From Candidatus Brennerbacteria bacterium (lineage in GTDB: Bacteria; Patescibacteriota; Minisyncoccia; UBA6257; GWB1-50-10), in assembly GCA_016183535.1 (NCBI GenBank), contig JACPEK010000004.1, positions 73,013 to 137,012 of the forward strand: a stretch of DNA of 64,000 nt. The letters are read 5' to 3'. The notes beneath the pieces are model-generated. The model was not told the DNA's origin, did not search any database, and was given only the letters and a program-made list of their open reading frames with translations. Position 1 is the first letter of the stretch; each line of letters begins with the position of its first letter. Below are positions 36,510 through 45,891 of this stretch, piece by piece. The position numbers and the translations under genes were made by a program.

Positions 36510-36850
36510 TTGACATATGTATACATTTGTATTACATTGGACAATCCACAGGTAATACAGAACTGTTCTATCCGTATAGTTTATACTGTAGGTAGTAGTT
36601 AGTAGTTGAAGGCAGGTTGTGGAGATAGAGGGAATTAAACCCTCGGAGGCAACTTGATTAGGGCCGCCATCCCCGAACCTGGTATCCCCGTAATCTACCT
36701 TCAACTACTCGCTACGGGTAGCGTTGTTTAATAATTATTTTTTAGAACCCCGTGCTCTGCTGTCGCTAGCTCCCAAAGCTTTTTAGTGGTCTCGACCATT
36801 GACCTGCTTCGGGCGACAGCAGAGCACGACGCTCTAAGGTTTTTAAATCG
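36510..36850 (+). ncRNA. candidate structured ncRNA (unknown class) with sigma70-like promoter
   Basis: TTGACA-N17-TACATT at 36510-36538. Long-range inverted repeats (36600-36612/36697-36708 and 36751-36766/36813-36828). 414 bp non-coding between convergent genes in a dense genome. Confidence 0.3.
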
Positions 36851-36852
36851 TG

Positions 36853-37680
36853 CTACCCCTCTCCCAATTCAAGACTTGAAGAATTAGGAGATTCGCTTTT
36901 AGGAAGATTGTCGGGAAGATGCTTATCTGCAAATTTTCGTAGTTCAGCTCTCAGATTACGCCAGTCGTCGTGTAGCGCCTCGTTATCGCCCTCGAGGATT
37001 TGATCTTTTAGCCCCGAAGGTATATTCAATACCATCCTACCTTCTGCTACGCGTATAGGCGTGAACCCTGCGCGTGTTGCGATTTCTTCCAGCTGTTTGG
37101 AGGTTTGACGAGGCGCTTCATTATTTTTTGCGAGTGAACGAACGGACATCGACGGACGTAATTGTATGTATTGACCGTTTCCCGTATCAGTCATAATACC
37201 AACAAGCTTCGCGTTTTCTTTTACGATTTTCAATGCTTCGTCAGTACGATCTTGCGGAACGCCAAGTTGATTGAGCACGTTCTTCGCGATGTCATCCTTC
37301 GGAAATTTTGAGCCATCGTATTTTTCATAGAAATTCTTTAGTATCTTGGGACGAAGTAGTGCTGTAATCAAACCCTCTTGTCCGACTCCTTCTTCGGTGG
37401 GACTCACAATTTGTCTTCCAAGCGTAGTAAGAGATATGGAGGAAGCTCCGTACGCGTTGTCAGTTATTCCGTAAGCAACTGCCGCCCCAGTTAAAAATCG
37501 CCAACTGGAACTGGTTGGGGAACGATTTATTGACGTTGCCAGGTCAATCGGCGTGGCATTTTTGCTCGCAAAGTTATCTCTAAGTGATTCCGCGAGAGTA
37601 ACTACATCCCTTAACATCGAGCGTGGCATCTCCCCTTGGGACAAACGGCTACTTTTTTTCTCGGCGTTTTCGTTGCTCAT
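36853..37680 (-). CDS. hypothetical protein
   Basis: The track ORF runs to 37929, but the first 83 codons overlap the argS upstream region. Start taken at MSNENAEKK. No motifs. Confidence 0.4.
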   Translation of the reverse strand: MSNENAEKKSSRLSQGEMPRSMLRDVVTLAESLRDNFASKNATPIDLATSINRSPTSSSWRFLTGAAVAYGITDNAYGASSISLTTLGRQIVSPTEEGVGQEGLITALLRPKILKNFYEKYDGSKFPKDDIAKNVLNQLGVPQDRTDEALKIVKENAKLVGIMTDTGNGQYIQLRPSMSVRSLAKNNEAPRQTSKQLEEIATRAGFTPIRVAEGRMVLNIPSGLKDQILEGDNEALHDDWRNLRAELRKFADKHLPDNLPKSESPNSSSLELGEG

Positions 37681-37965
37681 ATTATCTATACGGTAGCTGA
37701 TTACTAGTTTAACTGCAAGGGGCATATTCGGCAATTCGTGGATAGCATAAAGTACTGTAAAAACGCAGTAAATATGGGCATTTTCACTGAAAATCTCAAA
37801 ATCTGGTGATTCGTCTGTTTGAGTTATCCACTCTACTAACCCACCGTTATTTTGTAGAAACCATGCTACAAGTGTCATTTTCCTTTGATTCGTTCTCGCT
37901 TGATCCGCGCGAGAACAGAGTTGCGGCACTATTTATTTACCCTCCCCAGTGCGATAGAGTGAATG

Positions 37966-39563
37966 AAATGATACGCGACGAGGTTCTGAAGGCCATCAAA
38001 AAACACATTCCGAAGGACGTGCCCGTAACACTCTCCGTTCCGGAAGATTCGCGCTTTGGCCACTACGCGACGAATGTGGCGTTTGCGCTCTCCAAAAAAG
38101 AAAGCAAGCCGCCGCTCGCGATAGCGGAGCACATCGCGTCCGCCGTCACGGGTTCAAAGCCCCCAGTTATTAGTCGAGCAACCGCCGCCGCGCCGGGATT
38201 CGTCAATTTTTTCATTAAGCCCGAGGCGCTTCAGGGCGAGCTGAACGAAATCGCGAAAGCGAAGAAAAAATACGGAGTTTCAAAAGAGCGGAAGGGTGAA
38301 AAGATGCAGGTAGAGTTCGTTTCCGCAAACCCTACCGGTCCCCTCACACTTGCGAACGGCAGGGGGGGATTCTTGGGCGATGTGCTCGCGAACGTACTTG
38401 AAGCCGCGGGTGCGTCCGTAGAGCGCGAATTCTATGTGAACGATACCGGCAATCAGATCTTCACGCTCGGGAAATCACTCCTCGCGGCGGGAGGATTTGT
38501 GCCCGATGAGGAGAATTTATACAAAGGCGAGTACGTGTCCGAATGGGCCACGAAGCATAAAACGGATGTGAAGAAGTTCCGCGGCGACCCAATGAAGCTT
38601 GGCGAACGCGCGGCGAAGGACTTTCTGAAACTCATACAGCGCGCATTGGAGAAAGAGGCGCACATCAAATTTGACCGGTACACGTCGGAGAAGGCCATAC
38701 ACGCGAAAGGGTACGCAAAGAAAGCGCTCGCGCTCTTCAAAAAGAAAGGCGCGACGTACGAGAGCGAAGGTGCCGTGTGGCTCAAAACCACCGCGCATGG
38801 CGACGACAAGGACCGCGTGGTCATCACGAAAGGCGGCTTCCCGACCTATTTCCTCGCGGACGCCGGCCACTACCTTGAGACCAAGGCGCGCGGATTCAAA
38901 GCGAAGATAAACATACTGGGGCCCGACCACTACGGATATGTGGCGCGCATACAAGCGGCGGCGAAGCTCGTAGGACTCCCGAAGTCGGACGTGCTCATCA
39001 CGCAGGCGGTGCGCCTCATCCGGGGCGGCGAGGAGGTGAAGATGTCCAAGCGGAAGGGGAACTTCGTGACGTTTGAAGAGGTGGTGGAGGAGGTAGGCGC
39101 CGACGCCGCGCGCTTCTTCTTCCTCTCCGTATCGCCCACGTCGCACCTAGACTTCAACCTGGACCTCGCCAAGGAGCGTTCCAAGAAGAACCCGGTGTAT
39201 TATGCCCAATACGCATTGGTACGAGCCAAAGGCGTATTGGGCAAAGTTCAAATATCAAAATCCAAATTTCAAAAGAATTCCGATTTGTCTTTGCTTAATA
39301 CATTAGACGACGCGGCGCTCCTTTTTCAACTCTCGCGGTTTCCGGAAGTGCTCGCGGATGCCGCGGCAACCTACGAGGTCCACCGGCTCACGCAATACGC
39401 CTCAACCCTCGCCCGCGCCTTCCATAATTTCTACGAAAAGGAGCACGTGCTAGGCGAAGTCCCCGCGCTCGCCGCCGCCCGCCTCGCGCTCGTCCGGGGG
39501 AGTATGGTGATATTCGAAAACCTCTTCCGCATCCTTAGCATCTCCGCGCCGGAGAAAATGTAA
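37966..39563 (+). CDS. argS: arginine--tRNA ligase
   Basis: HIGH-like region, class I core, and the C-terminal anticodon-binding DALR domain (NPVYYAQYA). The track ORF starts at 37806; ATG 37966 (MIRDEVL) fits. Confidence 0.9.
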
Positions 39564-39608
39564 CGTTATAGAGAAAATGTCTCCGTTACCTTTTTACCAC
39601 AAAGAGCT

Positions 39609-39647
39609 AAAACAGGGTGCTATACTTTAGTATAGCACCCTGTTTTA
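39609..39647. terminator. palindrome / bidirectional terminator (CTATACTTTAGTATAG core) after argS
   Basis: AAAACAGGGTGCTATACTTTAGTATAGCACCCTGTTTT followed by a T-rich tract. Between convergent genes. Confidence 0.6.
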
Positions 39648-39737
39648 TTTTATCTCCCAAAGGAACGCGCGTGAAGTTTCGGGGGGTTGTGGTGCGTGGA
39701 ATGGATTAGACGGCGAACGTTGTAGCCTGAAATTTGA

Positions 39738-40670
39738 CTACGCGACAAATATTAGCATTTGGAGAGCGACGAAGAGCACATAGAACACAATAAGAGCGAC
39801 ACCTTCAAGGCGCGTGAGCCTCCTTTCGGTCTCATAGAAGCGGTTTAGGACCGCGAGGAGGATGAGCGTGAAGATGAGGAGAAGGTAGTACGGGGGGCCC
39901 ACCTCGGCGGTAAAGGGTTTTATGAGTGCGAATATGCCAACGATCGCCGGATTTGCGATCGCGGATCCTACAAGATTTGAAAGTGAGAGTTCTTCGACAT
40001 TCCGCCGCCACGAACGGATGGCGACGATAATCTCCGGGAGGTTCGTGCCAATCGAGAAAAGCACGAGGCCGATAACGAATGGGGAGATATTGAGACCGCG
40101 CGTGAGGAGGAGCGTTGCTTGAATGATGTAATGGGAGAGTACGAGCACGGCGGCGATCCCGATCAATATAAAAAGCGTTTTTCCGGCGATGCCACGGATG
40201 GTATCGTGCCGTTCGAACTTTTCGTGCGGTCCCCGCGCCAAGAGATACCAGAGCACCAGTCCGTAGCCGATGATGATGGCCGCTCCGTCGATGCGGCTTA
40301 TGGCGCCGTCCGCGCCGAGTAAGAGCGGTGCCATAATGAAGATCACGACAGGGAGGAAGCTTCCCGCTCGCGCGTTCGTGGCGATTGAGCGGTTCATAAC
40401 AACCGAAACGCCGAGCACGAGACCGAAGACGACGATAATCCCGCCGAGAAGGTTGCCAAGCGAGAGCGCGCGGAGGTTGAGGAGGAGCGAATTTGCGCCG
40501 ACCGCGAGTTCGGGGAGCGAGGTCAAAAACCCGAGGACGATGCCGAGGGAGAAAATTTTCACGCCGAGCGCCTCTCCGAGGCGCCGGACGTTTATCACCA
40601 CAAGATCGGCGGATTTGCCGAGAAGATAAAAGAGAATAATGAGCGCGATCGAAAGACCTGGTATTTCCAT
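39738..40670 (-). CDS. sodium/calcium exchanger (CaCA family) membrane protein
   Basis: Two alpha-repeat motifs (GxSxPE...); 10 TM; YrbG-like. Confidence 0.75.
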   Translation of the reverse strand: MEIPGLSIALIILFYLLGKSADLVVINVRRLGEALGVKIFSLGIVLGFLTSLPELAVGANSLLLNLRALSLGNLLGGIIVVFGLVLGVSVVMNRSIATNARAGSFLPVVIFIMAPLLLGADGAISRIDGAAIIIGYGLVLWYLLARGPHEKFERHDTIRGIAGKTLFILIGIAAVLVLSHYIIQATLLLTRGLNISPFVIGLVLFSIGTNLPEIIVAIRSWRRNVEELSLSNLVGSAIANPAIVGIFALIKPFTAEVGPPYYLLLIFTLILLAVLNRFYETERRLTRLEGVALIVFYVLFVALQMLIFVA

Positions 40671-40716
40671 TTAAAAATAGTAGCAAGGAAGCGGGTTTTT
40701 CGCTATAATTGGAATA

Positions 40717-43700
40717 TTGATGTTTCGCAATCTAAAAGAATTTTCGCTCCCGGCGGTGGAAGAAAAAGTGCTCGCCTACTGGCGGGCGAATCGCGTTTTT
40801 GAGGCGTCGCTCGCGAAGACCGCGAAGGGAAAACAGTTCGTGTTCTATGAAGGTCCGCCGACCGCGAACGGCAGGCCCGGCATCCACCACGTGCTCGCGC
40901 GCGCCTTCAAAGACATCATTCCGCGCTACAAAACGATGCGAGGGTTCCATGTGCCGCGCCGCGGCGGGTGGGACACGCACGGACTCCCCGTGGAGATCGA
41001 GGTGGAAAAAGCGCTTGGGTTGAAATCAAAAAAAGAGATAGAGAAGTTCGGTATCGCGGCATTCAACGCGCAGTGTAAGGAGTCGGTGTGGAAGTACAAA
41101 GACGAGTGGGAGCGGCTCACCGAGCGGATGGGGTTCTGGCTCGACATGAACCACCCCTACATCACGTATGAGAACCGCTATATGGAGGCGGTGTGGGGGA
41201 TATTGAAGAAAGTGTGGGAGAAGAAATTGCTCTACCGCGGCCACAAGGTGGTGCCGTGGTGCCCGCGTTGCGGCACTGGATTATCTTCGCACGAGCTCGC
41301 GCTCGGATATGAAACAGTGGAAGACACGTCGGTCTACGTGAAATTTAAGTTGAAAGTAAACAATGAAAAAAGAGGAGTAACACAAATCGGAAATCGCGAG
41401 TATAAAGATATTTATATTTTGTCGTGGACTACGACGCCGTGGACCTTGTCGGGGAACGTTGCGCTCGCGGTTGGAAAAGATATCGAATATGCGATCACTG
41501 AAAGAGGCAAGGAAACATGGATAGTTGCCGAAAGCTCGCCGTTAGGAAAGGAGCTCGGTCATATTTCTCTTGTAAGAGGGGAGGAGCTTGTTGGTTTGGA
41601 ATACGAGCCGCTATTTGACGTGCCTTCGCTTAGATCAAAAACTTCGTACCAGGTGTACCCCGCGGACTTCGTGACCACCGAGGACGGTACCGGTGTGGTG
41701 CACACCGCGGTCATGTACGGCGAGGAGGATTACCAGCTTGGCGTAAAAGTAGGGCTTCCCATGCGCCACACGGTGGACGAGGCGGGAAAGTTCACAAAAG
41801 AGGTAAAAGGATTTGAGGGAATGTTTGTGAAAGCGCCAGAAACCGAGAAGAAAATCATTGATTACCTACAAACTACCCACCATTTACTACGTACTGAACC
41901 CTATTCGCACGAGTATCCGTTTTGTTGGCGTTGTCAGACACCGCTCCTCTACTACGCGCGTGATTCGTGGTTTATCGCGATGTCGAAACTTCGCGACGAG
42001 CTTCTTCGAGAGAACAAGAAAATCAACTGGGTTCCCGCGCATCTACGGGACGGACGTTTCGGCGAGTGGCTCCGCGAGGTAAAGGATTGGGCCATCTCCC
42101 GCGCGCGCTATTGGGGAACGCCACTTCCCATCTGGGAGTGTGAAAAGTGCGAAGCGCGAGAGGTGATAGGAAGCATGGAAGAGCTCCAAACGCGCGCGGC
42201 TGCCGGCAATAGATTTATTTTTATGCGCCATGGTGAGGCGGACCACAACGTACTTAATCTCTGCGGGACCTACGAGGACACTCGTTTATTCACCTCGCGC
42301 CTCACGAAAAAAGGAGCGGTGACGGTGCGAAAAACCGCGATGGCGATGAGAAAGGAAAAAGTGGATTACATCGTAACCTCGCAGCTCGCGCGCGCGAAGG
42401 AAACCGCGGCTATTCTCAAAGAAGTATTGGGCGGCACGATTGTGGTGGAGTCGGGATTGCGCGAAATGAACAGCGGGAATTTCGCGGGAAAACCGGTAGA
42501 AGATTTCTTTAAGCTTTTCAAGAGCAAACGCGAGATGTTCGCTAAAAATCCTCACGGCGGCGAAACATGGGACGATGTGCGGAAGCGCGCGTGGGGAGCG
42601 TTTCGTTCGCTTAATAGGCGTTATAAGGGAAAAATAATCGTGGTAGTGGGACACGGCGATCCGCTTTGGATTTTGAAGGGTGCCCTGGAAGGCGTGACGA
42701 ACGATGAGCAACTTACCCTCCCATATCCGAAGACGGGCGTGCGGTACGGAGTGAGAACCGGCGCCTTGCCGCGCGATGCCGAGGGGCGCGTGGATCTCCA
42801 CCGGCCGTATGTGGACGATCTTGCGCTTGCATGTGAAAAGTGCGAGGGAACCATGAAACGCGTGCCGGAGGTCTTGGATGTATGGTTCGACTCGGGCGCA
42901 ATGCCGTTCGCGGCGAATAAGTCATTCACCGCTCAATTTAAGATTGAAAAGTTGAAGGATTATCCAGCGGACTACATCAGCGAGGGCGTGGATCAGACGC
43001 GCGGGTGGTTCTACACCTTGCACGCAATCGGCGCTTTGATGGGTAAGGGCCGCGCGTATAAGAATGTGATCTCGCTTGGGCTCGTGCTTGATAAGAACGG
43101 CCAGAAGATGTCGAAGTCCAAAGGGAACACCGTAGACCCGTGGGCGATGATACAGAAATACGGCATCGATGCGGTGCGCTGGTACCTCTACACCGTGAAT
43201 CCGGCGGGCGAGCCGAAGAAATTCGACGAAGCTGAAATAGGAAAGACACTCCGGCAGTTCCTCATGATGGTCTATAACTCGTGGCTTTTTTACAAAACAT
43301 ACGCATTAAAAAATCCAAATTCCAAAATCCAAATGCCAAAATCGTCCAACGTGTTGGATAAATGGGTGATCGCACGATTGGAGGAGGCAAAAGATGCGGC
43401 AACGGAGTCGCTTGAATCATATGAAGTGGGGGATGCGGCGCGCGCGATAGAAGCGTTCGCGGGCAATCTTTCGCGCTGGTACATTCGCTGCTCGCGTCGC
43501 CGGTTTCAGCCTGCCCGCATTGCTACGCAAAGCGTTGCAGGCGGGAAACCGGATCCGTCTGCTGATGGAGAAAAAGACTACCACGCGGCGTCAGGGACGC
43601 TCGGATACGTGCTCCTAGAGCTCACCAAGCTTATGGCGCCGTTCACGCCGTTCTTTGCGGAAGCGCTGTATCTCTCGCTCGCGCCGAACAAGAAAGGAGC

Positions 43701-44280
43701 GGTCGAGAGCGTGCATTTGGAAGGCTGGCCGAAGATTGACTCAAAAATAAAAATCAAAAACCAAAAGCTATTGGAAGCGATGGAGGAGGTGCGGCGATTG
43801 GCAAGTAAGGGGCTCGCGATACGCGCGGAGAAAGGCATCAAGGTACGCCAGCCGCTCGCTTCGCTCAAGCTAAAAACTAATAACTTACAACTAAAAACCA
43901 GCAAAGAATTCCTTGCGATCCTTGCGGATGAAGTGAATGTGAAAAAGGTGGTCGTGGATACGAAGCTGAAGGAAGAATTGGTGCTCGATACGAACATCAC
44001 TCACGAGCTTCTAGAGGAAGGGTGGTTCCGCGAGCTCGTGCGCACAGTGCAGGGGATGCGGCAGGACGCGAAACTAACGCCCAAGGATACGATTACGGTT
44101 TATTGCGAGGCGGGAGAAGAACTTACGCACGTACTCCGCGCGCGCGAAAAAAAATTCAAGCGCGAGGTGAACGCGAAATCGGTGGAATTTTCAAAAAATC
44201 ACAAACACAACGTTGAGCTCCAAACAAAAATAGGGAATTTCCCCGCATGGTTCGCCGTACGAAAAAACGGCTCGCGGTGA
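40717..44280 (+). CDS. ileS: isoleucine--tRNA ligase with inserted histidine-phosphatase domain
   Basis: HIGH (PPTANGRPGIHHV), KMSKS (KMSKSKGN) and editing domain. 1187 aa, which is 150-250 aa longer than typical. Residues about 499-690 form an RHG phosphatase fold. Confidence 0.95.
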   Translation: MMFRNLKEFSLPAVEEKVLAYWRANRVFEASLAKTAKGKQFVFYEGPPTANGRPGIHHVLARAFKDIIPRYKTMRGFHVPRRGGWDTHGLPVEIEVEKALGLKSKKEIEKFGIAAFNAQCKESVWKYKDEWERLTERMGFWLDMNHPYITYENRYMEAVWGILKKVWEKKLLYRGHKVVPWCPRCGTGLSSHELALGYETVEDTSVYVKFKLKVNNEKRGVTQIGNREYKDIYILSWTTTPWTLSGNVALAVGKDIEYAITERGKETWIVAESSPLGKELGHISLVRGEELVGLEYEPLFDVPSLRSKTSYQVYPADFVTTEDGTGVVHTAVMYGEEDYQLGVKVGLPMRHTVDEAGKFTKEVKGFEGMFVKAPETEKKIIDYLQTTHHLLRTEPYSHEYPFCWRCQTPLLYYARDSWFIAMSKLRDELLRENKKINWVPAHLRDGRFGEWLREVKDWAISRARYWGTPLPIWECEKCEAREVIGSMEELQTRAAAGNRFIFMRHGEADHNVLNLCGTYEDTRLFTSRLTKKGAVTVRKTAMAMRKEKVDYIVTSQLARAKETAAILKEVLGGTIVVESGLREMNSGNFAGKPVEDFFKLFKSKREMFAKNPHGGETWDDVRKRAWGAFRSLNRRYKGKIIVVVGHGDPLWILKGALEGVTNDEQLTLPYPKTGVRYGVRTGALPRDAEGRVDLHRPYVDDLALACEKCEGTMKRVPEVLDVWFDSGAMPFAANKSFTAQFKIEKLKDYPADYISEGVDQTRGWFYTLHAIGALMGKGRAYKNVISLGLVLDKNGQKMSKSKGNTVDPWAMIQKYGIDAVRWYLYTVNPAGEPKKFDEAEIGKTLRQFLMMVYNSWLFYKTYALKNPNSKIQMPKSSNVLDKWVIARLEEAKDAATESLESYEVGDAARAIEAFAGNLSRWYIRCSRRRFQPARIATQSVAGGKPDPSADGEKDYHAASGTLGYVLLELTKLMAPFTPFFAEALYLSLAPNKKGAVESVHLEGWPKIDSKIKIKNQKLLEAMEEVRRLASKGLAIRAEKGIKVRQPLASLKLKTNNLQLKTSKEFLAILADEVNVKKVVVDTKLKEELVLDTNITHELLEEGWFRELVRTVQGMRQDAKLTPKDTITVYCEAGEELTHVLRAREKKFKREVNAKSVEFSKNHKHNVELQTKIGNFPAWFAVRKNGSR

Positions 44281-44295
44281 GCCATTTTTTCGTTT

Positions 44296-44466
44296 CTTAC
44301 GATTCTTTTCTCTTCTCCTGTTTGTCCTCGATGTATTTCTGCATCTCGGCTTGCGTTTCGAATGATTCTACAAGGCCAGTATCGGGATCGACCGCGTGAT
44401 AAGGTAGCGCTTCTTTTTTCTTGACGACGTCCGTTTCTTCTTTTGCGTTAAGATCGAATTTTTCCA
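44296..44466 (-). CDS. small acidic hypothetical protein (56 aa)
   Basis: Hand translation gives MEKFDLNAKEETDVVKKKEALPYHAVDPDTGLVESFETQAEMQKYIEDKQEKRKES. Too short for the track. Confidence 0.25.
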
Positions 44467-44518
44467 TAACAATCTGTTTTGTTTTTTCAATCGTATGAAG
44501 CGACCTTTCTTTTGATAA

Positions 44519-44767
44519 TTAATCTATCCAGCGGGTTACGAGCCGCCCCTCTTTGTCTCTGAACTTCCCAAGTACGATAAAGATAAAATCAATAAATGTC
44601 CAGACCCCGAGGCCGCCCACGGTGAGGATCATAAGGATTCCCGTGCCGATCTTTCCCGCGTAGAAACGGTGAACGCCGAGAAACCCGAAAAAGCCGCAAA
44701 AGAGCGCGGCCGCGAGACGGAGCTTCGGCGAGGCATTTATTTCATGTCGGTGTTCCATACTGTTCAC
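44519..44767 (-). CDS. TM2 domain-containing protein
   Basis: GVHRFYAGK...GGLGVWTFIDFIFI matches the TM2 domain consensus. Confidence 0.7.
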   Translation of the reverse strand: MNSMEHRHEINASPKLRLAAALFCGFFGFLGVHRFYAGKIGTGILMILTVGGLGVWTFIDFIFIVLGKFRDKEGRLVTRWID

Positions 44768-44776
44768 GGTAGCACG

Positions 44777-44806
44777 TAGCTTGCTATACTTAAGTATAGC
44801 AAGCTA
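44777..44806. repeat. 30-bp palindrome with CTATACTTAAGTATAG core
   Basis: TAGCTTGCTATACTTAAGTATAGCAAGCTA. Overlaps the trpS stop codon. Confidence 0.7.
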
Positions 44807-45811
44807 GGCAAGGCCGATTTTCTTTTTTACTTCCACCATTTTTTTCTGTGCAACCTTTATGGCGATTCGGGTTCCTTTTGTAAATGTGGTTTTCGCGGCG
44901 ACGGCGGAGATTTTCTTTTTTGTTGTCTGATATGAAACGAGCGTTTTCACTGCCACGTTCGCAAGATCGTCCTTGAAATCAGCATAGCCCTTTCCTGTGT
45001 AGCGCCTTTCGAGCGCGGGAATACTTTCCCCTGAAAGCGAAGAATAGATGAGAAGGAGATTGGAGACACCCGGTTTATCCTTTTCATCATATTTAATCTC
45101 TCTCCCGGAATCGGTGGTCGCGCGACTGAATTTCGCCCGGATCTCCGCGAGAGAATCGTCCATAAAAAGACACCCCGCGGGGCGCGATTTGGACATTTTC
45201 TTTGCGGGGTCATCCAAGCTCATGAGGCGGGGAACATCCGTATGAAGCGCTTTCGGTTCCACGAACGTTTTGCCGAAGCGGACGTTAAACTTGCGTGCGA
45301 GGGTTCGCGCGAGTTCCAAATGCTGGTCTTGGTCATCGCCGACCGGCACCACTGCCGCGTCGTAGAGGAAAATGTCTGCCGCCATGAGGATAGGATATTC
45401 AGCGAGACCAAAATTGGATCGCTCGACGACCTCCTCAAACGTTTCCTTCTTTCCTAATTTTTGAATCACTTTTTCCTTGAATGCAGTCATGCGCATCAGC
45501 TCGCTCACCGGAGTGAATGTGGCGAGAACCTGGGCGAGCTCTTGGGGAAAGGATGTGGCAGACTGTATGAAAAGCGTTGATTTCCGGGGGTCTAATCCCG
45601 CCGCAAGGAAAGCGCGCATAAGGTTTTCGATGTTTCCCTTCAACTCTCTTGGATCGGGATTTTGGGTGAGCGCATGGAGATCGGCGATGAAAAAGAAGCA
45701 CCGATATTTTCCGGAGTTCTGGAGTTCGACAAAATGTTTTAAGGCGCCGAGGTAGTTTCCGAGATGGAGTGCGCCTGTAGGCTGGATTCCGGAGACAAGA
45801 ATGGGTTTCAT
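44804..45811 (-). CDS. trpS: tryptophan--tRNA ligase
   Basis: HLGNYLG (HIGH) and KMSKS (KMSKS) motifs. Confidence 0.9.
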   Translation of the reverse strand: MKPILVSGIQPTGALHLGNYLGALKHFVELQNSGKYRCFFFIADLHALTQNPDPRELKGNIENLMRAFLAAGLDPRKSTLFIQSATSFPQELAQVLATFTPVSELMRMTAFKEKVIQKLGKKETFEEVVERSNFGLAEYPILMAADIFLYDAAVVPVGDDQDQHLELARTLARKFNVRFGKTFVEPKALHTDVPRLMSLDDPAKKMSKSRPAGCLFMDDSLAEIRAKFSRATTDSGREIKYDEKDKPGVSNLLLIYSSLSGESIPALERRYTGKGYADFKDDLANVAVKTLVSYQTTKKKISAVAAKTTFTKGTRIAIKVAQKKMVEVKKKIGLA

Positions 45812-45891
45812 GGGAATCAGTATAAATGGTCAGCATAAAAAGGAAAAACCGTCACGGTATTTTGTGACGGTTTTTCGTTCGCTCTTTTTGG

